A model generated the notes under the pieces. That model saw nothing but the letters and a program-made list of their open reading frames with translations. It searched no databases and was not told the origin of the DNA. Below are positions 28,527 to 38,178 of a DNA stretch of 64,000 nt, piece after piece. Where the stretch lies: assembly GCA_963747765.1 (NCBI GenBank), contig CAVVGH010000012.1, positions 165-64,164 on the forward strand, read 5' to 3'. Made by a program: the position numbers and the translations under genes. How positions within the stretch are numbered: the first letter of the stretch is position 1; every line of letters starts with the position of its first letter. This stretch comes from an uncultured Solirubrobacterales bacterium (lineage in GTDB: Bacteria > Actinomycetota > Thermoleophilia > Solirubrobacterales > 70-9).

Positions 28527-30065
28527 TCAGACGCTGCGTCCGTCGGACCACTGGCGATCGCGCAGCTCGCGCTTGGCGATCTTGCCGACGGCGTTCTTCG
28601 GCAGCGAGTCCATGAACTCGATCCGCTCGGGGACTTTGACGCTGGGCAGACCCGTCTCGCGGCACCAGTCCATCAGCGTCTCGACGTCCGCCGACTGCCC
28701 CTCCTTCAGGGCGACGACCGCGGTGACCGCCTCGCCCCACTCCGGGTCGGGCGTCCCGAACACCGCCACCTCGAGCACTGCCGGATGCCCGTAGAGGGCG
28801 TTCTCGACCTCGCTAGGCGCGATGTTGAACCCGCCCCGGATGATCAGGTCCTTGATCCGGTCGACGATGAAGACGTAGCCCTCGCCGTCGCGTTCGCCTA
28901 CGTCGCCGGAATGCATCCAACCGTCGATCAGCGATTCGGCAGTGCGCTGCTCGTCGCGGTAGTAGCCCTTCATCGTGTAGGGCCCTCCGAAAATGACCTC
29001 ACCGCGCTCGCCGGTCGGCATCTCGGCACCGTCGCGGTCGACCACACGGACGTCGATCTCATAGGAGGGGCGCCCGCAGGAGGCGAACAGCTCCGGCCGG
29101 CCGGCAGCGGCCCGGGCATGGTCCTCCTTGCGCAGCATCGTCCCGATGGAGGCGATCTCCGCCATACCATAGAGTTGCGTGAACCGCGGTCCATAGCGGT
29201 CGACCATCTCTGCCACCCGCTCCGGGGAAATCGGCGCGGCCCCGTATCCCACCGTCTGCAGTGACTCGAGCCGTGCCGGGTCGATGCCCGCCTCCAGCAG
29301 GCGGAAGATCATCGTTGGCACCAGGTAGGTGTGGGTCGCCCCCAGCCGCTCGACCTCGGAGGCGAAGCGCTCCGGGTCGAATCCGCGGCTGTCCCCGAAG
29401 CCGATCGCGCCACCCATCATCAACAGCGGCAGCATCGTGATGTGCATGCTCGAGTTGTGTGGCAGAGCCATCAGCCAGCGGGAATGGTGGCCGAGCTCGT
29501 ACTCGAGGACCGCCATCGGCGCGTGGCTGAGCGCCGCCGCGTGGTCGAAGAGGATGCCCTTCGGCCGCCCGGTCGTGCCGCTCGTGTAGACGATGCAGAA
29601 GTCGTCCTCGGGTCGGATCTTGTGGAGCGCATCGGGCGGCGCCGCCGACCCGGCCGCAACAAGCTCTTCGAAGTCGCCCGACTCCACGTCGACCACCGGC
29701 ATATCGCCGCGCGCGGAGAGCTTCTCCGCCAGCTCGGCGAACTCGGGCACGGTGACCAGGACGCGCGGCTCGGCGTTGTCGAAGATCCATTCGTACTCGG
29801 CCTCGCCGAGCCGGAAGTTCAGCCCGACGTAGACGAAGCCCGCCTTGGCGCAGGCGGCGATCAGCTCGACGACCTCGACCCGGTTCGGCATCAGCACCGC
29901 AACGCGGTCGCCGCGCTCCAGCCCGTACCGCCCGGCAAGGGCGTTGGCGAGGCGCGAGCTGCGCCGGTCGAGGTCGCCATAGTTGATCTCCCGACGGACG
30001 TCCCAGGCGGCGACCGCCGCGGGATCGCGGTCGGCGCTGTGCGGCACGAACAACCCGGTGTTCAT
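28527..30065 (-). CDS. AMP-dependent acyl-CoA synthetase/ligase
   Basis: IVYTSGTTGRPKG AMP-binding motif, 512 aa. Confidence 0.9.
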   Translation of the reverse strand: MNTGLFVPHSADRDPAAVAAWDVRREINYGDLDRRSSRLANALAGRYGLERGDRVAVLMPNRVEVVELIAACAKAGFVYVGLNFRLGEAEYEWIFDNAEPRVLVTVPEFAELAEKLSARGDMPVVDVESGDFEELVAAGSAAPPDALHKIRPEDDFCIVYTSGTTGRPKGILFDHAAALSHAPMAVLEYELGHHSRWLMALPHNSSMHITMLPLLMMGGAIGFGDSRGFDPERFASEVERLGATHTYLVPTMIFRLLEAGIDPARLESLQTVGYGAAPISPERVAEMVDRYGPRFTQLYGMAEIASIGTMLRKEDHARAAAGRPELFASCGRPSYEIDVRVVDRDGAEMPTGERGEVIFGGPYTMKGYYRDEQRTAESLIDGWMHSGDVGERDGEGYVFIVDRIKDLIIRGGFNIAPSEVENALYGHPAVLEVAVFGTPDPEWGEAVTAVVALKEGQSADVETLMDWCRETGLPSVKVPERIEFMDSLPKNAVGKIAKRELRDRQWSDGRSV

Positions 30066-30463
30066 GCCGACCTCCGGAAGACCGGCAGCCGGTGGCCCGC
30101 CGCCAGCTCGAGGAACTCGACCTCGAGGCGAGCCCCGATCGGGGTCGGCCCCTCTCCGCCGACGACGTTGCTCAACATGCTCCAGCCTTCGTCGAGGTCA
30201 ACGATCGCGAGCTCGTAGGGCACCGGAAACCCGGGCGTCGGTCCACGGTGGATGACGGTCGAGCTATAGAGGGTTCCCGATCCCGCGCTCTCCCGCCAGG
30301 TCCAATCCAGTGACAGACAGGTCGGGCAGGCCGCCTGCGGGGTGAAAAAGTTGCGGCCGCAGGCGTCGCAGACCGGGCGCACGAGGCTGCCTCGGTCGGC
30401 GGCCTCCCAGAAGGGGGCGCCGATATCGGTGGGGGCCGGAAGCGGCCGCACGGAGGTGTTCAT
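30062..30463 (-). CDS. DUF35 OB-fold/Zn-ribbon protein
   Basis: CDACGRNFFTPQAACPTCLS Zn ribbon plus an OB-fold tail, 133 aa. Confidence 0.8.
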   Translation of the reverse strand: MNTSVRPLPAPTDIGAPFWEAADRGSLVRPVCDACGRNFFTPQAACPTCLSLDWTWRESAGSGTLYSSTVIHRGPTPGFPVPYELAIVDLDEGWSMLSNVVGGEGPTPIGARLEVEFLELAAGHRLPVFRRSA

Positions 30464-31329
30464 GAGGGGTCGTCCTGGAGGAGCAGGTGGGCCGCCTCGG
30501 CGACAGGCATTCCCTCGCGGACGCCGCGCCGCCGGGCCCGCTCGTTGACCGCGCCGATCAGTCCTTCGCGATAGGCGGCGAAGGCGTCGCCGATCGGCGC
30601 CGTGTGCGCGTCGGCCGAGGCACCGGCCAGCCCCGCCGCATCGGCAGTCGGCAGCCCGGCGATCCCGGAATCGTTCTTGGAGCGGCCGCCGTCAGAGCAG
30701 ATGAACCCGTAGGGCCCGACCTCGGCCAGGAAACTGGCGCCGCTGCGACCGGTGTGGCCCGCGGTCACCAGGACGTTGCGGCCGCGGTCCTCGTCGCGGG
30801 CGAAGACGATCGAGTCGGTGACGATCACCTGCCGCCCCGACTCGTGTTCCTCGACCACCTCGCGGTGGATCTTGTTGCCGGGCTCGACGTCGACCGGATC
30901 TTCTTCCAGCAGCAACGCCGCGGCCTCGGCGACCGGCATCCCGACCCGTACCCCGCATTGGTGGGCGAGATCGTTGAGGCGGGAGATCACGCCGCTCTCG
31001 TAGAGATCGAGCCCGTTGCCGAGTTCGGCCGACATCCCCGCCGCGGTCGCCGCCGGGATTCCCAGCGCCTCGAGGTAGGGCAGGCCCGCGATCCCCGCGG
31101 CATCCTTGCCGATGCAGGCGTCGTGGCCGATCACCGCGCGCGGCCGGTGGGGGGCCATCAGCCGCGCGGGCATCACCCCCAGATAGGAGGCCGGGACGAC
31201 CACGTCGCGGCCGGTGTTTCGGGCGTCGACGAAACGGGCGGAGTCCATCGCCACGATCTGCCCACGCTCGCTCTCGCCGACCACCGCCTGCGGGTGGTCG
31301 GCCTCCCGATCGAGGAGAGTTTCAGCCAT
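30460..31329 (-). CDS. uncharacterised protein with internal two-fold duplication (paralog 2)
   Basis: Start MAETLL at 31329 (ATGGCTGA overlap with the upstream paralog). The halves share R[DN]V[VL]V..., D.G.G.D.(A/S)GIAGL and GMPVAEAA.LLL motifs. Confidence 0.75.
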   Translation of the reverse strand: MAETLLDREADHPQAVVGESERGQIVAMDSARFVDARNTGRDVVVPASYLGVMPARLMAPHRPRAVIGHDACIGKDAAGIAGLPYLEALGIPAATAAGMSAELGNGLDLYESGVISRLNDLAHQCGVRVGMPVAEAAALLLEEDPVDVEPGNKIHREVVEEHESGRQVIVTDSIVFARDEDRGRNVLVTAGHTGRSGASFLAEVGPYGFICSDGGRSKNDSGIAGLPTADAAGLAGASADAHTAPIGDAFAAYREGLIGAVNERARRRGVREGMPVAEAAHLLLQDDPS

Positions 31330-32194
31330 CACGGCTCCCTTCTGTCTGGTGTCCGATGCCAAGCAGTGCAGCCGCGGCGACCCGGGCGCGTTGCCCGACC
31401 TCGACGCCACGCTCGCGGGCCGGCCCGTTGCAGGTGCTGATCACACCGTCGTGGTAGGTGCTCAACCCGTCGCCCATACGCGCCGTACGGGCGTCCACCG
31501 AGGCCCCCGCAAGCCCCTCGGCCGCGACGATCTCCAGGCCCGCCGTGCCAGAGCCCTCCTTGCCACCACCACCGTCGGAGCAGATGAAGCCGCGCGGTGC
31601 CACCCGACGTAGATAGGGCACCGCGCTGCGGCCGGTGTGGCCCGCGGTCACCAGGACGTTGCGGCCGCGGTCCTCGTCGCGGCCGAAGGCGATCGAGTCG
31701 GTGCAGACGATGGTTCCGCCGTCCTCGGCAACGCGCATGACGGTGCGGTTGGTGACCGCGTCAGGGGCCTGCTCGACGGGGTCCACCTTGAGCAGTAGTC
31801 GGGCCGCCTCGGCGACCGGCATCCCGGCTGCGACGCCGCACTGTGCGGCCTGCGCGTTGACGCGGCTGATCGACGCCTCCCTGTGCATCCGCTCGCCGTC
31901 GCCGAGAATCACGGTTGCGACATCGGCTGCGGCGGCCGGGATGCCGCGTGCCTCCAGATACCAGAGGCCGGCGATGCCGGCGCCGTCCAGCCCGATGCCG
32001 CAATCGACGCCGATCGCGGCGCGCGGCGAGTGCGAGGCGACGAACCGGGCCGGCAGGACGCCCGCGTAGGAGGCGTTGACGACGACGTCGCGGCCCCGGT
32101 TGGACTCATCGGCGTCATAGGCCGAGTCGACGGTGACGATGCGGCCGCGCGGACCCTCGAAGGCAACCTTCTGATTCGAGTCCGCGCCACCCAT
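31322..32194 (-). CDS. uncharacterised protein with internal two-fold duplication (paralog 1)
   Basis: 290 aa, clearly homologous to 30460-31329 along its whole length. No family recognised. Confidence 0.75.
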   Translation of the reverse strand: MGGADSNQKVAFEGPRGRIVTVDSAYDADESNRGRDVVVNASYAGVLPARFVASHSPRAAIGVDCGIGLDGAGIAGLWYLEARGIPAAAADVATVILGDGERMHREASISRVNAQAAQCGVAAGMPVAEAARLLLKVDPVEQAPDAVTNRTVMRVAEDGGTIVCTDSIAFGRDEDRGRNVLVTAGHTGRSAVPYLRRVAPRGFICSDGGGGKEGSGTAGLEIVAAEGLAGASVDARTARMGDGLSTYHDGVISTCNGPARERGVEVGQRARVAAAALLGIGHQTEGSRDG

Positions 32195-32197
32195 GGA

Positions 32198-32974
32198 TCA
32201 TCCGCTGACCTGGTCCCAGCGCACCGGGGCATCCATCACGGACGCATAGAACCGATCGAGATAGCGAGCGAAATCACCGAGGTGGACACGCATCGTCGCC
32301 TCCGCCTGCTCGGGGTCGTGCGCCTCCACCGCGTGGTAGATGCGGCGGTGCTCCTTGGTCACCGACTCGCGCTGCGGGCGCGGGTAGTCGACGCCCAGCG
32401 GCGAGCCATCGGTGATCCAACTCAACGACTGGATCATCAGCCCGAAGACCTGGTTGCCAGCCGCGTTGGCGAGCAGCGAGTGGAAGTTCTGGTTCTCTTC
32501 GAGGAAGTATTCGAAGTCGTCGAGGTGCTCTTCCATCCGGAGAATCGAGTTGTGGACCTCCTCCAGCTCGGCCGGCTCGACCCGCAACGCGGCCTTCGCC
32601 GCCAGCACCGGCTCGATCACCTGACGGGCCTCGACGATCGCCCGGAACGGCGTGTGCTGCATCTGCAGCAACATGGCGATCATGCTGCCCAACGCCCGCG
32701 AGTCGGCCCGCCCCACCACGGGGCCCCCACCCGGCCCGGTCTTGATCGAGATGACGCCCTGGATCTCGAGAAAGCGGAGCGCCTCGCGCAGGGTGCCACG
32801 AGCGACCCCGTAGTTGGCGAGCATTTGACTCTCCGGTGGCAGGGGCGTGCCCGGTTCCAGCCTGCCGTCGGTGATCTCGCCGACGATCTGCTGGGCCAGC
32901 AGCATCGCCGTCTTCTTCGGTCGATTGTTGAGGCGCGATGGCGGGCGCCCCCGATTGCCAGTGGTAGTGGTCAT
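32198..32974 (-). CDS. GntR-family (FadR/FCD-type) transcriptional regulator
   Basis: wHTH ...LPPESQMLANYGVARGTLREALRFLEIQGVI... plus a C-terminal FCD-like helical domain. Confidence 0.85.
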   Translation of the reverse strand: MTTTTGNRGRPPSRLNNRPKKTAMLLAQQIVGEITDGRLEPGTPLPPESQMLANYGVARGTLREALRFLEIQGVISIKTGPGGGPVVGRADSRALGSMIAMLLQMQHTPFRAIVEARQVIEPVLAAKAALRVEPAELEEVHNSILRMEEHLDDFEYFLEENQNFHSLLANAAGNQVFGLMIQSLSWITDGSPLGVDYPRPQRESVTKEHRRIYHAVEAHDPEQAEATMRVHLGDFARYLDRFYASVMDAPVRWDQVSG

Positions 32975-34647
32975 CTGATGCCTCCCGCATCGGCGGCGCG
33001 ATTCGATTGTGCGAGGGGAACGGTCCCATGCTGCGCCTTGAGACGCTCCCTAAGCTCGATCTTACGAACCTTCCCCGAAGGAGTCTTGGGAAGATCGGCA
33101 ACGATCTCGATCGTCTCGGGGATCGCGAAGGCGGGCAGGCGCCGCTCGCACCAGTCGCGCACCTCGGGCTCCTCGACCCCGCCGGCGGCCGTGGCGACGA
33201 CGAAGATCGCGACCTCGTCCTCTCCCGCCTCGACCGTGGCCTTGGCAGCCACCGCCGCGCACTCGGCGATCGCCGGGTGGGAAAGCACCGCCTGCTCGAC
33301 CTCGTAGGAGCTGATGTTCTCACCGCGCCGGCGGATCGCGTCCTTGAGACGGTCCACGAAATAGAACCATCCCTCCTCGTCGCGGCGCAGGCCGTCGCCG
33401 GTGTGAAACCAGAGATTGCGGAACGCCTCCACCGTGCGGTCGGGCATCCCGTAGTAGCCCGAGCACATCGTCCACGGGGTCTTGGCGCGTACCACCAGCT
33501 CACCGACCTCGCCGACCGGCACCTCCTCGTCGGTGTCCGGGCGGACCAGCCGGACCTCGAACCACTCATCGTTGAGGAGCCCGGCGGCGCCCGCCGGGCG
33601 GTCCTCGCCATAGGGCGACATGATCGGCATCGACGTCTCGGTCAGGCCGAAGTTCTCGACGAATGCCTCCACCCCGAAGCGCTCCTTGAAGGCCGCGACG
33701 ATCGAGGCCGCGGTCGGCGCCGCGTAGACGCAGCGAAGATCGTTGTCTGCGTCCTCGGGGCGGGCGGGCTGCTTGAAGGTGAAGTCCATCATCACGCCGA
33801 CGAAGTTGGTCACCGTCGCCCCGCACTCGCGGATCCAGGGCATCCAGCGGCTGGCGCTGAAGCGCGGTCGCAGGACGAAGCGGGCGCCGGCGATCAGCGC
33901 CGGGTAGGCGGCGAGGAACTGGGCGTTGCCATGGAAGAGCGGGCCCACCGACATGTACACGTCGCGGTCGCCGAGCCGGGTCAGCGACACGCACTGCTCG
34001 GCGAAGAAGGTGAGCTGTGACTGGGACATCATCACTCCCTTCGAGAGCCCGGTCGTGCCGCTCGTGAAGAAGACCGCGCCCAGATCCGTATACCTGACCT
34101 CGGGCAGCTCGGCCGCCGCGCCGGCGGCGAGCTCGGTGAACGGTGCCGCGCCGTAGCCCGCCCCGCCGAGCAGGGCAATCGCCGCGTCGGTGTCGGCACC
34201 GCCGCCGAGGACGTAGAACCGCTCGATCGAGGCGTAGGCGCCCTCGCCTCCCACGAAGCGCTCGGCGAACTCCGGCGCGATCACCCCGACCCGCGGTGCG
34301 ACCGTGCGCACCTGGTGCTCGAGGAAGCTGCCGACGTAGGCGGTGTTGATCGGCACCTCGGCCATACCGGCGCAGGCGGTCCCATACCAGGCGAGGATGT
34401 ACTCGGTGCAGTTGGGGGCCATGATCAGTACCCGGTCCCCAGCCTTGCCGCCCGCCGCGAGCAGCGCGGTCGCGATCCTCTCGGCGCTCGCCAGAGTCTC
34501 GCCGAAGGTCATCCGGACGCCGGCGTCGGGGACGTCGAGATAGACCGCGTCGGCGTGCGTGCGGGCCCGCTCGCGCAGGATGGTCGGCACCGACCAGTCG
34601 CGCCGGTCGGGAAAGGTCGGCGGCAGCTGCTCGTAGACCCGTGTCAA
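32971..34647 (-). CDS. AMP-dependent acyl-CoA synthetase/ligase
   Basis: FFTSGTTGLSKG motif. A TTG start at 34647 (GGAAGGA RBS, TTGA overlap with the upstream crotonase stop) is preferred to the listed 34791. Confidence 0.85.
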   Translation of the reverse strand: MTRVYEQLPPTFPDRRDWSVPTILRERARTHADAVYLDVPDAGVRMTFGETLASAERIATALLAAGGKAGDRVLIMAPNCTEYILAWYGTACAGMAEVPINTAYVGSFLEHQVRTVAPRVGVIAPEFAERFVGGEGAYASIERFYVLGGGADTDAAIALLGGAGYGAAPFTELAAGAAAELPEVRYTDLGAVFFTSGTTGLSKGVMMSQSQLTFFAEQCVSLTRLGDRDVYMSVGPLFHGNAQFLAAYPALIAGARFVLRPRFSASRWMPWIRECGATVTNFVGVMMDFTFKQPARPEDADNDLRCVYAAPTAASIVAAFKERFGVEAFVENFGLTETSMPIMSPYGEDRPAGAAGLLNDEWFEVRLVRPDTDEEVPVGEVGELVVRAKTPWTMCSGYYGMPDRTVEAFRNLWFHTGDGLRRDEEGWFYFVDRLKDAIRRRGENISSYEVEQAVLSHPAIAECAAVAAKATVEAGEDEVAIFVVATAAGGVEEPEVRDWCERRLPAFAIPETIEIVADLPKTPSGKVRKIELRERLKAQHGTVPLAQSNRAADAGGIR

Positions 34648-35423
34648 CGTCGTTCCTTCCAAGGCTGCGGGAAGCTCGGCTTGCGCTTCTCCATGAACGC
34701 TCCGGCGCCCTCCATCATGTCCGCCGACCCGACCGCCTGGGTCAGCATCCCGAGCCCGCTTGCGTAAGACTCGGCACAGAGGTTCCACCACGCGTTGGCG
34801 CTCGCCTTGGCGATCTCCAGGTAGCGCGGGCTCGATTCGAGCAGCTCCTCCGCCCAGGCGGTCACCTCGTCCTCAAGCCGATCGTCGGGCACGACCTCGT
34901 TGATCCAACCGAGCTCGAGCGCCCGCGCCGCCGGGTAGCGCCTGCACATGAAGCTGATCTCGCGCGCCCGCTTCTCACCAACCGAGACGGCGATCAGATT
35001 CGTCCCGCCGAGCACGGGGGCACTGCCGATCCTGGGGCCGGTCTGTCCGAGGTAGGCAGACTCCGCGGCGATCGCGATGTCGCAGGAGACGACCAGCTCG
35101 TTGCCGCCGCCCATCGCGGGGCCGTTGATGGCGGCGATCACCGGTCGAGGGTTGCGGCGAATCGCGGTGAAGAGCCGGAGCGCGCCCTCGAAGAGTCCGC
35201 GCAGCTCGCCCGGATCGGGATCGGCGAGCTCGGCGAGGTAGCCGCCGGCACAGAAGGAGCCCCCCGAGCCGGTGATGACGACGACCCCGCCTTCGTCGGC
35301 CGAGCGTTCGACCGCCGTGGTGAGCTCGGCGGCCATCTCGCCGTCGTAGGCGTTGCGGCGCTCAGGCCGTTCCAGCCTCAGCCATACGACATCACCGCGG
35401 TTTTCGACACTCAGGTCAGGCAT
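34644..35423 (-). CDS. enoyl-CoA hydratase/isomerase (crotonase)
   Basis: ...GSFCAGGYL...INGPAMGGGNELV..., 259 aa. Confidence 0.85.
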   Translation of the reverse strand: MPDLSVENRGDVVWLRLERPERRNAYDGEMAAELTTAVERSADEGGVVVITGSGGSFCAGGYLAELADPDPGELRGLFEGALRLFTAIRRNPRPVIAAINGPAMGGGNELVVSCDIAIAAESAYLGQTGPRIGSAPVLGGTNLIAVSVGEKRAREISFMCRRYPAARALELGWINEVVPDDRLEDEVTAWAEELLESSPRYLEIAKASANAWWNLCAESYASGLGMLTQAVGSADMMEGAGAFMEKRKPSFPQPWKERR

Positions 35424-35485
35424 AAATTCATCGGCTCCCCGGAAGAAAGTCCCTTGCTGGTATTGATTATACTATACTTCGGCCG

Positions 35486-36622
35486 ATGAGCTTCGCGCTT
35501 GACACCCCCTATAAGGAAGTGCTCGAGGAGGCCCGCACGGTCGCGTCCTCGGTTGAGCACCTCGCAGCCGAGGCCGACGCGATGAGCACGGTCCATCCCG
35601 GCATGCTCGAGGCGCTGCGGGCCGCCGAGCTGTCGAGCCTCATGGTCCCTGCCGCCTACGGTGGGCGCTTCGAGCAGGTCGACCCGCTCGCCGTCTGTGT
35701 CGCTCGCGAGGCGCTCATGGGCGTCTCCTCCCACTTGGACTCACTGCTCGCCCTGCAGGGCATCGGCAGCTTCGCGATCTCGGTGGGAGGCAGCGAGGAG
35801 CAGCGGGCGGAGTGGCTGCCGAGAGTGGCCCGGGCCGAGGTCCTGGCGGCACTTGCCCTCACCGAGCCGGAGGCAGGGTCGGACCTGAAAGGCCTGACGA
35901 CCACCGTCCGGGTAGATGGCGAGGAGCTCGTGCTCGAGGGGCGCAAGGCCTTCATCAGCAACGCCGGGGCAGCTGGTTTCTACACAGTCCTCGCCCGCGA
36001 GGGCGAGGACTTCACCCTGGTGCTGGTACCCGCGGATACGCCCGGCGTCAAGATCACGCCGACGCCGGAGCTGATCAGCCCCCACGTGCTCGGCGACATC
36101 GTCTTCGACGCCGTGCACCTTCCCGCGAGTGCTCGCCTCGGGGCCGGCGGCGACGGCTTCGAGCTGGTCCTGGCGACGCTCGCCGTGTTCCGCGCGTCGG
36201 TCGCCGGCGCGGCGCTCGGCCTGGCCGAGGCGGCGCTCACCGAGGCCCACGACCACGCCTGGGGGCGGGAGCAGTTCGGCAAGCCGCTCGCCAAGCTCGG
36301 CGCGGTCACCGAGATGCTCGCCGCCTCGTGGACGGAAATCGAGGCGGCACGGCTGCTGACCTATAGCGCCGGCGAGCGGGCGCGGGAAAACCCGCGTGCC
36401 GCCCTCACCCGGTCCTCGATGGCGAAGCTGACGGCGAGCGAGACCGCCTGCCGCGTCGTCGACCGCGGGGTCCAGATCATGGGCCGCTTCGGTCTCGTCC
36501 ACGACAGCAAGATGGAGCGCCTCTATCGACAGGCGCGCCCGATGCGGATCTACGAGGGCTCCTCGGAGGTCCTGCGCGTCTCGATCGCGCGTGCCTTCGG
36601 CTCCGAGGGGTTCCAGGTCTGA
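35486..36622 (+). CDS. acyl-CoA dehydrogenase
   Basis: 378 aa with the ACAD pattern (LTEPEAGSD...; ...IYEGSSEV...). Confidence 0.9.
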   Translation: MSFALDTPYKEVLEEARTVASSVEHLAAEADAMSTVHPGMLEALRAAELSSLMVPAAYGGRFEQVDPLAVCVAREALMGVSSHLDSLLALQGIGSFAISVGGSEEQRAEWLPRVARAEVLAALALTEPEAGSDLKGLTTTVRVDGEELVLEGRKAFISNAGAAGFYTVLAREGEDFTLVLVPADTPGVKITPTPELISPHVLGDIVFDAVHLPASARLGAGGDGFELVLATLAVFRASVAGAALGLAEAALTEAHDHAWGREQFGKPLAKLGAVTEMLAASWTEIEAARLLTYSAGERARENPRAALTRSSMAKLTASETACRVVDRGVQIMGRFGLVHDSKMERLYRQARPMRIYEGSSEVLRVSIARAFGSEGFQV

Positions 36623-36630
36623 GGCCCCAT

Positions 36631-37380
36631 ATGGACTTCGAGCTGAACGACAGCGTCACGCTGGTTACCGGGGCCGGGCGCGGCCTCGGGCGCGCCGCCG
36701 TCGACGCCCTCGTCGCGGAGGGCGCCCGGGTGGCGGCGGTGGCGCGTGACCCTGCCGCCGTGGCGGAGCTGGAGGCGATCGACCCGGAGCGGGTGGCGGG
36801 TTTTTCCTGCGACATGCGCGACGACGCGGAGCTCGCGGCCCTGCCGCAGCAGGCGGTCGAACGCTTCGGGCGACTTGACGCCGTGGTCAACAACGCCGGC
36901 ATCGCCCCGGCCGGGCAATTCGTCGAGCAGGACCAGGAGGTCTTCGACGACGTGATGGCGATCAACGTGCGGGCGCCGGCGATCCTCAGCCGGGCCGCGG
37001 GCCGGATCATGTTGGCGCAGGGCTCCGGCAAGATCGTCAACATCGCCTCCACCTCCGGCCTGCTCGGCAAGCCGACCCTGGTCGCCTACTCGGCCTCCAA
37101 GGGAGCGATCCTGCAGTTCACCAAGGCGTTGGCCGCGGAGTGGGCGCAGCGGGGCGTGCAGGTAAACGCGATCGCCCCCGGCGCATTCGAGACCGACGCC
37201 CAGCGCGCCGTCACCGAAAACCCCAAGGTGATGGAGCGACGGCTGCGGAAGATCCCGGCGGCGCGGATGGGCGACCCGTCGGAGATCGGGCCGCTGGTTT
37301 GCCTGCTCTGCTCGCCGCTCTCGAGCTACGTCACCGGCTCGGTCTTCGTCGCCGACGGAGGCGAGTCCTCGAAGCTCTGA
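36631..37380 (+). CDS. SDR (FabG-like 3-oxoacyl reductase)
   Basis: TGAGRGLG...NNAG...YSASKGA, 249 aa. Confidence 0.9.
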   Translation: MDFELNDSVTLVTGAGRGLGRAAVDALVAEGARVAAVARDPAAVAELEAIDPERVAGFSCDMRDDAELAALPQQAVERFGRLDAVVNNAGIAPAGQFVEQDQEVFDDVMAINVRAPAILSRAAGRIMLAQGSGKIVNIASTSGLLGKPTLVAYSASKGAILQFTKALAAEWAQRGVQVNAIAPGAFETDAQRAVTENPKVMERRLRKIPAARMGDPSEIGPLVCLLCSPLSSYVTGSVFVADGGESSKL

Positions 37381-38174
37381 TGATCGTCGACACCCACATC
37401 CACGTCTGGCCGGACAAGATCGCCAAGCTGGCGCTCGGCAACCCCTCGACCGACCTGAAGCGCTTCGGCGACGGTACGGTCGCGAGCGCCGAACGCTGCA
37501 TGGCTGCCGCCGGCATCGATCGCTCGGTCTGCCTCGCGGTCGCCAACGAGGCCGGGCGCGTGGACAGCGCCAACCGCTTCGCAGGGTCGCTCGACCCCAG
37601 CCGCTTCGTGCCGTTCGGGACCGTGCATCCCGACCTCTCGGTGGAGGAGAACCTGGCGAGCCTGCGCACCCACGGGATTCGCGGCGCCAAGATCCACCCC
37701 CTGTTTCAGGGCTACTCACTGGACGATCCCCGCCTTTGGCAGATCTTCGACGCGATGCAGGGGGAGTTCGCGATCATCGTCCACGTCGGCCAGGGCGGCT
37801 CCGCCGAGGCGAATGCCCGCTGCACGCCGGCGATGCTGCGCCAGGTGGCCCTCAACTTCCCGGACCTCGACATCGTCGCCTGCCACTTCGGCGGCTACCG
37901 CCTGCTCGACGAGGCCGAGGACCTGGTGGTCGGGCTGCCGATCTACCTCGACACCTCCTGGCCACCCAGCTTCGCCGCGATCGACCCGCAACGGGCGCGG
38001 CGGCTGATCGAGCGGCACGGCCCCGACAGGGTGCTGTTCGCGACCGACTGGCCAATGGCGGATCCGACCGCCGAGATCGAGGCGGTGCGCGAGCTCGGGC
38101 TCTCCGACGAGGACACCGCCGCGGTGCTCGGCGGCAACGCGGTGCGTCTGCTCCGTCTGTCCGCCGAGGCCTGA
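37380..38174 (+). CDS. amidohydrolase-2 family protein
   Basis: MIVDTHIHVWP...FATDWP. The ATG at 37380 overlaps the SDR stop (TGATG). Confidence 0.8.
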   Translation: MIVDTHIHVWPDKIAKLALGNPSTDLKRFGDGTVASAERCMAAAGIDRSVCLAVANEAGRVDSANRFAGSLDPSRFVPFGTVHPDLSVEENLASLRTHGIRGAKIHPLFQGYSLDDPRLWQIFDAMQGEFAIIVHVGQGGSAEANARCTPAMLRQVALNFPDLDIVACHFGGYRLLDEAEDLVVGLPIYLDTSWPPSFAAIDPQRARRLIERHGPDRVLFATDWPMADPTAEIEAVRELGLSDEDTAAVLGGNAVRLLRLSAEA

Positions 38175-38178
38175 CCGC

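Noticed and set aside
35460-35472. GTATTGATTATAC dyad in the divergent crotonase/ACAD intergenic region, as a sixth member of the GATA-N5-TATC motif set.
   Set aside because: The arm sequence is GTAT/ATAC, not GATA/TATC. It may be an operator for a different regulator (for example the GntR protein), so it was kept out of the motif family.
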